Notes: generated from the sequence alone by a model not told the origin. A stretch of 64,000 nt of DNA from an uncultured Candidatus Saccharibacteria bacterium (GCA_964550035.1 CAZJVU010000004.1:7820-71819), one strand, 5' to 3'. Numbered from the stretch's first letter, positions 44,127-52,816 are shown. Numbers and translations are program-made.

Positions 44127-44155
44127 GTTATAGTATATAGAGATGGCATCGTCAA
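44127..44155 (-). promoter_or_regulatory. Cassette H promoter
   Basis: Minus strand TTGACG-N17-TATAAC. Confidence 0.55.
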
Positions 44156-44238
44156 ATATTACTTTATGCTCGCGGAGTTGCGCGAGGGTTGTTATAATAA
44201 AAGGAGCCAAATCAGGGAAGAAAGGTGTAGCGAGTAGC

Positions 44239-44619
44239 ATGATTGCTCGGATTGACAAGTCAGGAATCAACCTTGAGTTAGATGACGATGTGGTCAAATA
44301 CATTGATCGCAAGATCGGCCGGTTAGATCGTTACATCCCACGCGGTGCCCGCATGTCGGTGCACGCAGTGGTGACGATTCGTGAGACCGGGAACCAGAAT
44401 GGGAACAAATATGAGTGTGAAGTCATTTTGCATGTGCCCGGTGAAACGGTAACCGCAAAGGACTCCACGATGAACAAGTTCGCTGCTGTCGATATTGTCG
44501 AGGCCAAGCTGCGTAACCAGCTGCACAAATACAAGACAACACACGGCGCGCGAAGCCACCGCGGCCTTTTGCGCCGAGTGAAGGAGAGGCTTTTTCTGAA
44601 TTCGACCGAAGAAGCTTGA
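44239..44619 (+). CDS. hpf: Ribosome hibernation promoting factor / RaiA family
   Basis: MIARIDKSGINLELDDDVVKYIDRKIGRLDRY...ECEVILHVPG pattern. A TGTTATAAT extended -10 lies upstream. Confidence 0.7.
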   Translation: MIARIDKSGINLELDDDVVKYIDRKIGRLDRYIPRGARMSVHAVVTIRETGNQNGNKYECEVILHVPGETVTAKDSTMNKFAAVDIVEAKLRNQLHKYKTTHGARSHRGLLRRVKERLFLNSTEEA

Positions 44620-44664
44620 TGAACTACTAGCTGCCTGCAGCAACAAAGAAGGACGTACATACCC

Positions 44665-47256
44665 ATGAGACAGTTTTTAACCAAAATTTTCGGTGACCCA
44701 CAGGCAAAGATCCTAAAGCGGCTTCGAAAGCGCGTCATTGCAGTCAATAACTTGGCCGAACAGTACAAGGCCATGACTATTCCGGAGCTCAAGAAGCAGA
44801 CCGCGGTTTTGCAGGAGCGTTTGAGTGACAAGAAGACGACCCTCGATGACATCTTGCCTGATGCATTCGCAGTCATGCGTGAAGCAAGTGACCGCGTCCT
44901 CAAGATGCGACATTTCGACGTACAGCTCATTGGTGGCATGGTTCTCCACGAAGGAAACGTCGCCGAGCTGAAGACTGGTGAAGGTAAGACTCTCATGGCG
45001 ACACTACCGGCGTATCTCAACGCCCTCGAGGGCAAGGGCGTGCACATTGTGACCGTGAACGATTATCTGGCGCAGCGTGACGCTGGTTGGAACGGTCCGG
45101 TTTTTCATTTCCTGGGCATGAGCGTCGGTGTGGTTGTGGGCGACAAGTCGTTCATCTTCGACCCAAAGTTTGACAACGAAGACCACGACGATCCGCGCAT
45201 CAAGCAGCTGAAGCCTTGCACCCGCAAGGAAGCCTACGCCGCCGACGTGACCTATGGCACGAACAACGAATTCGGATTTGACTATTTGCGCGACAACATG
45301 GTCGATCAAGTCGACCTACTCCGTCAGCGCGAGTTGAACTTCGCGATTGTGGACGAGGTCGACTCAATCCTTATCGACGAAGCCCGCACACCACTTATTA
45401 TTAGTGCACCAGCGAGTGACAGTGGTCAGAGCTATGGTACGTTCGCAGCCATTGCTCGCAAACTCGTCCCCGACGATTACATCTTGGACGAAAAACGCAA
45501 GGCCGTCAGCCTGACCGACGAAGGCGTCGAGAAGGTGCAAAAGATGCTTGGCGTCATGAACCTTTACGCTCCGGAGCACGTCCGCTCGGTGTACCACATG
45601 GACCAAGCCCTACGCGCCGAAACGCTCTTCAAGCGCGACCGCGACTACGTTGTGACTACTGATAAAGAAGTCATTATCGTTGACGAGTTCACTGGTCGCC
45701 TGATGCACGGCCGACGCTACAACGAAGGCTTGCACCAGGCTATCGAAGCTAAAGAAGGCGTGCCTGTTCTGCAAGAGAGCATGACGCTGGCGACCATTTC
45801 GTTCCAAAACTACTTCCGCATATATAACAAGCTGAGCGGTATGACCGGTACGGCATTTACCGAGGCTGAAGAGTTTCAGCAGATCTACGGGCTCGATGTC
45901 ATTCAGGTACCACCGAACAAACCAGTTGTTCGCGAAGACCGCACCGATATGATCTTCAAGACCGAACCAGGCAAAATCCGTGCGCTTGTCCGCGATGTTG
46001 CTGAGTTCCAGAAGCAAGGCCGGCCGGTGCTTATCGGGAGCGCTTCTATCGAGAAGAACGAACTGATCAGCCGCGCCTTGACCAAGGCGGGCATCAAGCA
46101 CCAACTGCTGAACGCCAAGAATAACGAGCGCGAAGCCTCAATTGTGGCCGAAGCAGGGCAGAAGGGCGCTGTGACGCTCGCAACGAACATCGCTGGCCGT
46201 GGTACTGACATTGTGCTCGGTGAAGGTGTTCGTGAGCTCGGTGGTCTTGTGGTCATTGGCTCAGAGCGACACGAGGCTCGTCGTATCGACAACCAGCTTC
46301 GTGGCCGTGGCGGCCGCCAGGGCGACCCGGGTATGACACAGTTCTATGTATCAACCGAAGACGACCTGATGCGTATTTTCCAGGGTGAGCGAATCAAGGG
46401 ATTGATGGACCGCTTGGGCGTCGACGAGGAAACACCAATCCAAAACCGTTCCGTCAGTCGTACCTTGGAGAGTGCGCAAAAGAAAGTCGAAGGATATAAT
46501 TTCGATACGCGCAAAAATGTTGTTCAGTATGACAACGTCATGAACCGTCACCGTAAGGCCGTCTACAGCATGCGCCGTCAGATCCTCGAGCAAGACGACA
46601 TCAGCACGGAAGTGAAAGAGCTTGTCGAGGAAGCAGTTCGCCAGCTGACTGTCTTTGCTCCTGGCAATACCGCGCAGTTTACCGAACAGTTCGAATCAGT
46701 TATTCCACTTAAGAAAGATGTGTTAAAGAAGCTCGCTGACGAGCCTAAGGAAAAAGACCGTTTCGAGAAAGCCCTGAAAGCCACAACCAAGCTTTACAAA
46801 GAGCGCGAGAAAGATTTCGGTAGTGAAATCGTGCGTAAGCTTGAGCGCGAGATCTACCTGCAGGTTCTCGATACACTCTGGATGCAGCACCTCGAGAACA
46901 TGCAGCATCTGCGCGACGGTATCCACTGGCGTAGTATCGGCCAGCGCGATCCGCTCGTCGAGTATCGCCAAGAGTCGCAGCGCCTGTTTGAGCAGCTGCA
47001 AGGAACGCTTCGCGAAGAAGTTGTCAGGGCGATCTTCCACGTTTCGCGTCATGATGTCGCTCACGCTAACGAAGAGTTTGAGACCGAGCTCACCAAAGCT
47101 GCAGAACAGTCGGTAGAGCAGGGCGTCAATGAAGTCGCGGACATCACGCGCGAAGCTAGCTTCGAGAAAAAAGACGAGAACTTGGCCAAGAAGAAAAAAG
47201 CCGAAGCCAAGAAGAAACGCAAACAGCAGCGTCAGAATCGTAAGAAACACAAATAG
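44665..47256 (+). CDS. secA: Preprotein translocase ATPase SecA
   Basis: 863 aa. MKTGEGKTL Walker A, DEVDSILIDEARTPLIIS, TNIAGRGTDI. Confidence 0.95.
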   Translation: MRQFLTKIFGDPQAKILKRLRKRVIAVNNLAEQYKAMTIPELKKQTAVLQERLSDKKTTLDDILPDAFAVMREASDRVLKMRHFDVQLIGGMVLHEGNVAELKTGEGKTLMATLPAYLNALEGKGVHIVTVNDYLAQRDAGWNGPVFHFLGMSVGVVVGDKSFIFDPKFDNEDHDDPRIKQLKPCTRKEAYAADVTYGTNNEFGFDYLRDNMVDQVDLLRQRELNFAIVDEVDSILIDEARTPLIISAPASDSGQSYGTFAAIARKLVPDDYILDEKRKAVSLTDEGVEKVQKMLGVMNLYAPEHVRSVYHMDQALRAETLFKRDRDYVVTTDKEVIIVDEFTGRLMHGRRYNEGLHQAIEAKEGVPVLQESMTLATISFQNYFRIYNKLSGMTGTAFTEAEEFQQIYGLDVIQVPPNKPVVREDRTDMIFKTEPGKIRALVRDVAEFQKQGRPVLIGSASIEKNELISRALTKAGIKHQLLNAKNNEREASIVAEAGQKGAVTLATNIAGRGTDIVLGEGVRELGGLVVIGSERHEARRIDNQLRGRGGRQGDPGMTQFYVSTEDDLMRIFQGERIKGLMDRLGVDEETPIQNRSVSRTLESAQKKVEGYNFDTRKNVVQYDNVMNRHRKAVYSMRRQILEQDDISTEVKELVEEAVRQLTVFAPGNTAQFTEQFESVIPLKKDVLKKLADEPKEKDRFEKALKATTKLYKEREKDFGSEIVRKLEREIYLQVLDTLWMQHLENMQHLRDGIHWRSIGQRDPLVEYRQESQRLFEQLQGTLREEVVRAIFHVSRHDVAHANEEFETELTKAAEQSVEQGVNEVADITREASFEKKDENLAKKKKAEAKKKRKQQRQNRKKHK

Positions 47257-47257
47257 T

Positions 47258-47286
47258 AAAATGCTCCGGATATCCCGGAGCATTTT
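47258..47286. terminator. Bidirectional intrinsic terminator after secA
   Basis: AAAATGCTCCGG-atatc-CCGGAGCATTTT. Confidence 0.75.
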
Positions 47287-47311
47287 ACATATAAGCTCAG
47301 ATAGGTGTGGC

Positions 47312-47342
47312 GGGCGTCGACGAATCATTCTCATCGACGCCC
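47312..47342 (-). terminator. GC hairpin after 47366..47671
   Basis: GGGCGTCGA/TCGACGCCC stem. Confidence 0.45.
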
Positions 47343-47365
47343 GGCCACGGCGTGTGGTCAGCGGT

Positions 47366-47671
47366 TCACAGGAACAGCGCCTGGTAGGTGATGTCGGTGC
47401 TCGGCACTCGCGATGGCGGTAGGGCATAGAACCGCAGGTCGGTGCAGTTGCCCTCGAGCACGCCGCTCATCACCGTCTTCAGCGCCGCCGGGTTGCGAAT
47501 CGGATAGCTCTGGCCGTTGCTGAACTGCGGCTTCGTCCAGCAGGCCACCACCGTGCGATCCGACCCGATCCCGCGGCGGAGAGTCGTGAACGCCCTGAGC
47601 GCGTCGGGGTCGTTCTCGGCGATCTTGCGTCGCAGGGCTTCGTCCGTCGTGAAGCGGTTGGTGATTTCCAT
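47366..47671 (-). CDS. Hypothetical protein (101 aa from ATG 47671), GC-rich island
   Basis: AGAGGA SD 5 nt upstream. TTGACT-N16-TATCCT promoter. Confidence 0.55.
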   Translation of the reverse strand: MEITNRFTTDEALRRKIAENDPDALRAFTTLRRGIGSDRTVVACWTKPQFSNGQSYPIRNPAALKTVMSGVLEGNCTDLRFYALPPSRVPSTDITYQALFL

Positions 47672-47813
47672 TTCCGTCCTCTGTTCGTCGCGGCTGACGG
47701 TACCGCATAAGGATATCACTATTCGGCCAAAAGTCAACCGTACTTACCTCTATAACATTACCCAACAAGTGGTATGATGGTACAAGAACACGTAATCTGG
47801 ATTTCTTTGTAAT

Positions 47814-49100
47814 ATGAAACATTCTGTTGAAGAAGTAGTACTCCAAAATGGCAGCCGTGGTTTGCTTATCCACGTTCCGAACGCCACTGTTATGAGCTTT
47901 GATTTTGAGTTTCGCGCAGGATACGAATACGCGCTGAGCGAAGATATTTACGAAGCACCACACATCATGGAACACATGGTTCTCGGTGCAAACGAAGAGT
48001 ACCAAAACGCTCGCCTTTACAACGCCGAGCTCGAGAAAAACGGCGCCTACAGCAACGCCAGCACCAGCACTGTTAGCTTGAAGTACGTTGCCGACTGCGC
48101 GGACTTTGAGTGGGACCGTGTGCTCGATCTTTTGAAGCTCGCAGTTACTAAGCCATTATTCCTCCAGAGCGAATTCAAAGCCGAGTACGGCAATGTTAAA
48201 GAAGAGTTGACCGGTTATCTCAACAACCACGGCCGTGTCTTATGGCAGCGCATCGGTCGCGAGAGCGGCGAGCGTTTCCTCAGCGACGAACAGCGCATGA
48301 CAACGATGCCGAACATCAAGCTCAAGGACATCAAGGAACATTATGAACGCACCCATACCAGCGACAACTTGCGATTTGTGATCGCTGGCAACCTCAGCGG
48401 GGAGCGTCACAGCGCCGTTATCGACAAGCTCGAGAAATGGTCGCTGCCGCGCGGCGAGCGATTCGCCGTGAAACGCGAAGAACTGGTCGGCGCCCCGGAG
48501 CCGATTCATATCTTGCGCAAAGACGTTGAGAATCTTATCTTTGGCCTAGCCATCGAGGCGAACTGGCGGTTTACTGACGCCGAGCACGATGCTATGAAGG
48601 CGCTCAATCATATCCTCACCGGCACATTGCACTCTCTGATTCTGGGTCGCGCCCGTGAACAGGGCCTGGTATATGGTATGTGGTCTGACTTCCTGGTCAG
48701 CGACAGTACGAGCGAGTGGGACTTCGGTGGGCAAGTGAGCCTGAAGAACGCGCCAAAGCTCTTCGAAATCCTCAACGAAGAAGTCAGCAAAGTTCTCAGC
48801 GGCGACATCAAGGTCAAAGACCTCGAGGCCTCTAAGCAATTCGCGCTCGGCAAACACCAGATGGGTTGCCAGACGGTCGGGTCAATCGCGCACTGGTATG
48901 GTGACCGCTATTTCTTTGATGGATACATTGACGACTACGCCAAGCGACCGAAGGCTATCGAGGCTATTACTAAGCAGACGATCATCACTGCTGCGAACAA
49001 TTTGGTCAACGGCAAGCGCTGGGCGTTCGGCGCACTTGGTCAGTCCAAGAAAGAAGATCTCGAGAAACTCCATGGTCAGCTCGGAGGGTTATTCCAATGA
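47814..49100 (+). CDS. M16-family (pitrilysin/insulinase-like) zinc peptidase
   Basis: Inverted zinc motif HIMEH (HxxEH) near the N-terminus. 428 aa. Confidence 0.75.
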   Translation: MKHSVEEVVLQNGSRGLLIHVPNATVMSFDFEFRAGYEYALSEDIYEAPHIMEHMVLGANEEYQNARLYNAELEKNGAYSNASTSTVSLKYVADCADFEWDRVLDLLKLAVTKPLFLQSEFKAEYGNVKEELTGYLNNHGRVLWQRIGRESGERFLSDEQRMTTMPNIKLKDIKEHYERTHTSDNLRFVIAGNLSGERHSAVIDKLEKWSLPRGERFAVKREELVGAPEPIHILRKDVENLIFGLAIEANWRFTDAEHDAMKALNHILTGTLHSLILGRAREQGLVYGMWSDFLVSDSTSEWDFGGQVSLKNAPKLFEILNEEVSKVLSGDIKVKDLEASKQFALGKHQMGCQTVGSIAHWYGDRYFFDGYIDDYAKRPKAIEAITKQTIITAANNLVNGKRWAFGALGQSKKEDLEKLHGQLGGLFQ

Positions 49101-50386
49101 GCCAACGGGTAGCGATAGTTGGTTACGGCGTCGAAGGCCGGTCGGCATATCGTTACTTTGCCGCACAGGGCGCCGATATCACGGTGTACCACAAGGAACG
49201 CCCAACCGATCTGCCCGCAGACGTACATGTGGTTGAAGATCCGCACGCCACCGAGCTGTACGGCTATGACGTCGTTGTCCGTTCGCCGGCTGTTCCGCCC
49301 AGCAGCATAAAAACCGACGGACGTATTACAACCGTCACCAAAGAATTCTTCTCCGTCTTTGACCCGACGCGTATCATCGGTGTGACAGGGAGCAAAGGGA
49401 AGGGGACGATGAGTGCACTGGTCTATGAGATGCTGAAGGCCGCCGGCAAGCGCGTGCACCTTGGTGGCAATATTGGCGTGCCCGCGCTTGATCTGCTGCC
49501 AGATGTAAAGGACGGCGACTATGTTGTGCTCGAGCTGAGTAGCTTTCAGCTGTGGGATTTTGAGACAAGCCCGCACATCGCGGTTGTGGGAATGATCACG
49601 CCCGATCACTTGGACGTGCACAAAGATTTCGATGACTACATCAACGCCAAGGCGAACATTGCTCGCTATCAGAAACCAGAAGATGTGATTATCTACCATC
49701 CGACGAACGAGCATTCCAAATGGATTGCCGACCAGTCGGCCGCGACGACGAAACTTCGCTACAACACACCTGAAGCTGCGCACATTACAGACGGCTACTT
49801 TACGATTGCCGAGCAGAAGATTGCTCAGACGAGTGACGTACAGATTCCTGGTCAACACAATCTCGAAAATATATGCGCCGCACTGACTGCAGCCTGGCAA
49901 GTGACACAAGATACCGAGGCGTTGGGGCGTGCGATTGCTGGATATAAAGGCCTCGAGCATCGTATCGAATTCGTTCGGAACGTCGACGGCGTGGATTACT
50001 ACGACGATAGCTTTGCGGCGAGTACGAGCGCGGCTGTCGTTGCGGTCCAGGCATTTGACGGACCGAAGGTGCTGATCCTCGGTGGCTACGACCGCGGGAT
50101 TGACCTCGAGCCAATGGTCAGTGAGCTTGCTGAGTTGAACTTGCGCAAAGTTTTGTTGATTGGTCAGACTGCGGCGCGGTTGGCGAGCTCCTTTGAAGCG
50201 GCCGGTAAACGCGATATTGTCGAGCAGCTCGGTGCCGTTCCCATGAGTGATATCGTGGCGCGAGCGCACGAAATTGCTCAGAAAGGCGATGTTGTTGTCC
50301 TGTCGCCAGGAAGCGCCAGCTTTGATATGTTCAAGGATTACAAAGACCGCGGCAACCAGTTCAAGAAAGCGGTGGAGGCGCTATGA
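49097..50386 (+). CDS. murD: UDP-N-acetylmuramoyl-L-alanine--glutamate ligase (MurD family, possibly MurD2 type)
   Basis: Rossmann N-terminus VAIVGYGVEGRS and Mur ligase P-loop GVTGSKGKGT. ATGA overlaps with both neighbouring genes. Confidence 0.8.
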   Translation: MSQRVAIVGYGVEGRSAYRYFAAQGADITVYHKERPTDLPADVHVVEDPHATELYGYDVVVRSPAVPPSSIKTDGRITTVTKEFFSVFDPTRIIGVTGSKGKGTMSALVYEMLKAAGKRVHLGGNIGVPALDLLPDVKDGDYVVLELSSFQLWDFETSPHIAVVGMITPDHLDVHKDFDDYINAKANIARYQKPEDVIIYHPTNEHSKWIADQSAATTKLRYNTPEAAHITDGYFTIAEQKIAQTSDVQIPGQHNLENICAALTAAWQVTQDTEALGRAIAGYKGLEHRIEFVRNVDGVDYYDDSFAASTSAAVVAVQAFDGPKVLILGGYDRGIDLEPMVSELAELNLRKVLLIGQTAARLASSFEAAGKRDIVEQLGAVPMSDIVARAHEIAQKGDVVVLSPGSASFDMFKDYKDRGNQFKKAVEAL

Positions 50387-51729
50387 TGTTTGATCCAGAG
50401 ACTATTAAGACATTCGAAATTCGTGGCTACGATTTCGACCAAGAAAGTGGGGAAGTCCTACTCCGCTATGCACTACTTGGTCCGAGCGAGCCCGTTACAT
50501 TTACTGAGCGAGTAGTTATCCCTGTCAGTAATAGCGACCCGCAGGTACTTGAAGTCGCTGATCGGCTGGCACGTCTGCTTTTGCTCGCGGCAAGTGTCAG
50601 CTACTACAAGATCGCTGCGCCAGGTCAAGTGAGCGTGACCGTGCCGATAACGGCGCCAGAGAAACAGTTCCTGGCGGAAGTCATCCGACGCGGTATGACC
50701 GAGTTCGCATATGTTAATAACCTGCCACAAGCACTTACACCAACCATTCAGGTGACAGAGATTATCCCGAACGAACCGCGTGCCTTGCAAGACATCGCCG
50801 AATCAAAGCCGCTCGTCGCGGTTGGTGGTGGCAAAGATTCGATTGTGACTACCGAGGCTCTCCGCGCAGCCGATTTCACACCCACGCTCTTTTCGGTTAA
50901 TGCCTACACGCCCATCACAAATACCGTCGAGTGCGCTGGGTTGCCCTACTTGCAGGTCAAGCGTCAGATCGACCAGACCATGGGCGACCTTAACGACCAT
51001 GGCGCGCTGAATGGCCACGTGCCAATTACGATGATTAACTCAGTTCTAGCGCTGATGACTGCAGTCATGAACGGCCTTACGACGGTTATTTTTAGCAATG
51101 AGCGCTCGGCGTCCATCGGCAATCTTGTGTGGCACGGTATCGACGTGAACCACCAGTGGGCTAAGAGCATCGAAGCAGAGAAGCTTTTGCAAGACACTCT
51201 TGCGGCTGTGGTTTCGCCGTCGCTTACGTATTTTTCGTTGCTCCGCCCACTATCCGAGCTGCGTATCGCCCGGCAATTTGCCACGCTGCAGCAATATCAC
51301 GACATTTTTACTAGCTGCAATCGCGCGTTTCATCTTGATCCGACCAAACGTCGTATTTGGTGCGGTGAGTGCGACAAGTGCCGCTTTGTATTCCTCATAC
51401 TTGCACCGTATATGAGCAAAGAGCAGCTCGAAGCTGTCTTTCACAAGAATATGTATGACGACGGTGCGCAGCTTTCTGGCTTTCGCGAACTCTTAGGTAT
51501 CGAGGGCCACAAGCCGCTTGAGTGCGTCGGCGAAATTGCCGAATCGCGACTGGCGCTATTGATGGCTGCAGAGAAAGAGGAGTGGAAGCACACTGCGCTC
51601 GTACCCGTTTTACTACGCGATCTTCCGCAAGATGCGCTTCCTAGCCCAGCACAAGAGAAGGAAATCTTCGAGACTGGCGAGCACCTTATCCCAGAGACAT
51701 ATCTCTCGGCTCTTGAGCAGATTCGTTAG
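50383..51729 (+). CDS. PP-loop-like ATP-utilising protein translationally coupled to murD; candidate MurL-type UDP-MurNAc-L-Ala-L-Glu epimerase
   Basis: VAVGGGKDS (SGGxDS-like PP-loop) and CGECDKCRF. 4-nt overlap with murD. The MurL assignment is from memory of the MurD2/MurL pathway and is not verified. Confidence 0.45.
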   Translation: MMFDPETIKTFEIRGYDFDQESGEVLLRYALLGPSEPVTFTERVVIPVSNSDPQVLEVADRLARLLLLAASVSYYKIAAPGQVSVTVPITAPEKQFLAEVIRRGMTEFAYVNNLPQALTPTIQVTEIIPNEPRALQDIAESKPLVAVGGGKDSIVTTEALRAADFTPTLFSVNAYTPITNTVECAGLPYLQVKRQIDQTMGDLNDHGALNGHVPITMINSVLALMTAVMNGLTTVIFSNERSASIGNLVWHGIDVNHQWAKSIEAEKLLQDTLAAVVSPSLTYFSLLRPLSELRIARQFATLQQYHDIFTSCNRAFHLDPTKRRIWCGECDKCRFVFLILAPYMSKEQLEAVFHKNMYDDGAQLSGFRELLGIEGHKPLECVGEIAESRLALLMAAEKEEWKHTALVPVLLRDLPQDALPSPAQEKEIFETGEHLIPETYLSALEQIR

Positions 51730-51738
51730 TTCTAGTGG

Positions 51739-52197
51739 CTATTTTGTAATCTGCTGGACTTGTTCTGCCAAGTCAGCGCCTTGTGGCTGAGTCGCGCCTA
51801 CGCCTGCGCCCGCGGCGCTTGGTGGAGGGGTCATTGTAACGGGTACGGCTCGTTGGGTCATCTCTGCTGTCGTCTGGACAGGATAGGGAAGCGGCGCTTC
51901 GGCAGATGGGGCAGGACCATGAATCGCGGCGAGCTCACGGCGTGCTCGGGCTTCGAGCTCACGCTGCTCAGTTTCTCCGGCAGCTTTGAGCGTTTGCTCT
52001 GCTTGGGCGATGGCGCCAGCGTCGGCACCTTCGGCAAGGAGCTTGTTCAATCGGATAAGTGCTTTCTTTGATTCGGGGTCCTCAGGTCGAATGCCAGCCT
52101 CAGGGGTGGGTTGCACCGGCTGCTGGACTTCTGGCTGCGTGGGCAGGCCGTTGACGTGACCTTCGGGGCCAAATTGATTTTTGTTTTCGGGCTGCAT
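51739..52197 (-). CDS. Pro/Gln/Ala-rich hypothetical protein (152 aa), probably on a leaderless mRNA
   Basis: No SD. TTGACA-N17-TAATGT ends 6 nt before the ATG. Confidence 0.5.
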   Translation of the reverse strand: MQPENKNQFGPEGHVNGLPTQPEVQQPVQPTPEAGIRPEDPESKKALIRLNKLLAEGADAGAIAQAEQTLKAAGETEQRELEARARRELAAIHGPAPSAEAPLPYPVQTTAEMTQRAVPVTMTPPPSAAGAGVGATQPQGADLAEQVQQITK

Positions 52198-52203
52198 AAC
52201 TAA

Positions 52204-52232
52204 ACATTAGCGCAATATTTACATTTTGTCAA
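52204..52232 (-). promoter_or_regulatory. Promoter positioned for a leaderless transcript of 51739..52197
   Basis: Minus strand TTGACA (52232-52227), 17-nt spacer, TAATGT (52209-52204), then 6 nt to the ATG at 52197. Confidence 0.5.
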
Positions 52233-52254
52233 CCTAGTTGAGTGGTAGAGCTTT

Positions 52255-52289
52255 GTCCCGCCCACACGGAGATTACCGTGGGGCGGGAC
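52255..52289 (-). terminator. GC hairpin after 52310..52741
   Basis: GTCCCGCCCACACGG/CCGTGGGGCGGGAC. Confidence 0.5.
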
Positions 52290-52309
52290 AGTCGGCAGCG
52301 CCTCTGATG

Positions 52310-52741
52310 TCATTTCGCGGTCGTGCGGCTCAGGACCTGAACCCAGTGGTGATACACATCCAGACAGGTCTTGATCAGTTCCTTCGACGGGATTGCGTTT
52401 TCGGGAATGATGGTTTCGTCTCCGATCGCTCTCGTCCAAGAGACCACAAGCCTAAGGTCTGGGGCGCGAGCGATAAGCTGGCACAGAGCTTCGTGCGAAC
52501 GGGGAATTCCGACGTGAGCTCTGAGCTCCCTTGCTGTCGCCGTTACCTTGTGCGCATTGACTCTCGAGCCGCCGAGGGCTTTATTGGAAGCCGCTTCCTC
52601 GAGCGCGGACATCGTAGCGGGTCGCTCCAGGTACGCCATGAACAACCGGAGAACACGCGCGTTGGCCGTGATCTCTCGAGGCAGTCGGAGCGGACCTTTA
52701 GCGAGGCGGTTGACTCTTTCGTAATCGCTTGAACCGGACAT
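52310..52741 (-). CDS. Hypothetical protein (143 aa), GC-rich island; possible LuxR/GerE-type HTH
   Basis: GCAGGAG SD. The segment SRVNAHKVTATARELRAHVGIPRSHEALCQLIARA resembles a GerE-type helix-turn-helix (weak). Confidence 0.45.
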   Translation of the reverse strand: MSGSSDYERVNRLAKGPLRLPREITANARVLRLFMAYLERPATMSALEEAASNKALGGSRVNAHKVTATARELRAHVGIPRSHEALCQLIARAPDLRLVVSWTRAIGDETIIPENAIPSKELIKTCLDVYHHWVQVLSRTTAK

Positions 52742-52816
52742 TACAACTCCTGCGGGTAGTCGACCGACGTATAGTAAAATATTAATTAGCTTTTGACAAG
52801 TGATATACTAGAGGTA

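Noticed and set aside
39124-44155. The array could be an integron-type cassette array, with the hairpins acting as attC sites.
   Set aside because: There is no intI-like integrase or attI in the window. The hairpins are shorter than typical attC sites and lack the R/L core boxes I can recall (GTTRRRY). Each cassette also carries its own promoter, unlike classical promoterless cassettes. Some other recombination mechanism remains possible but is not supported here.
44143-44238. An N-terminal extension of the hpf ORF (MASSNITLCSRS...).
   Set aside because: The extension overlaps the cassette H promoter region and lies upstream of the hpf extended -10 (TGTTATAAT). HPF-like sequence starts at ATG 44239.
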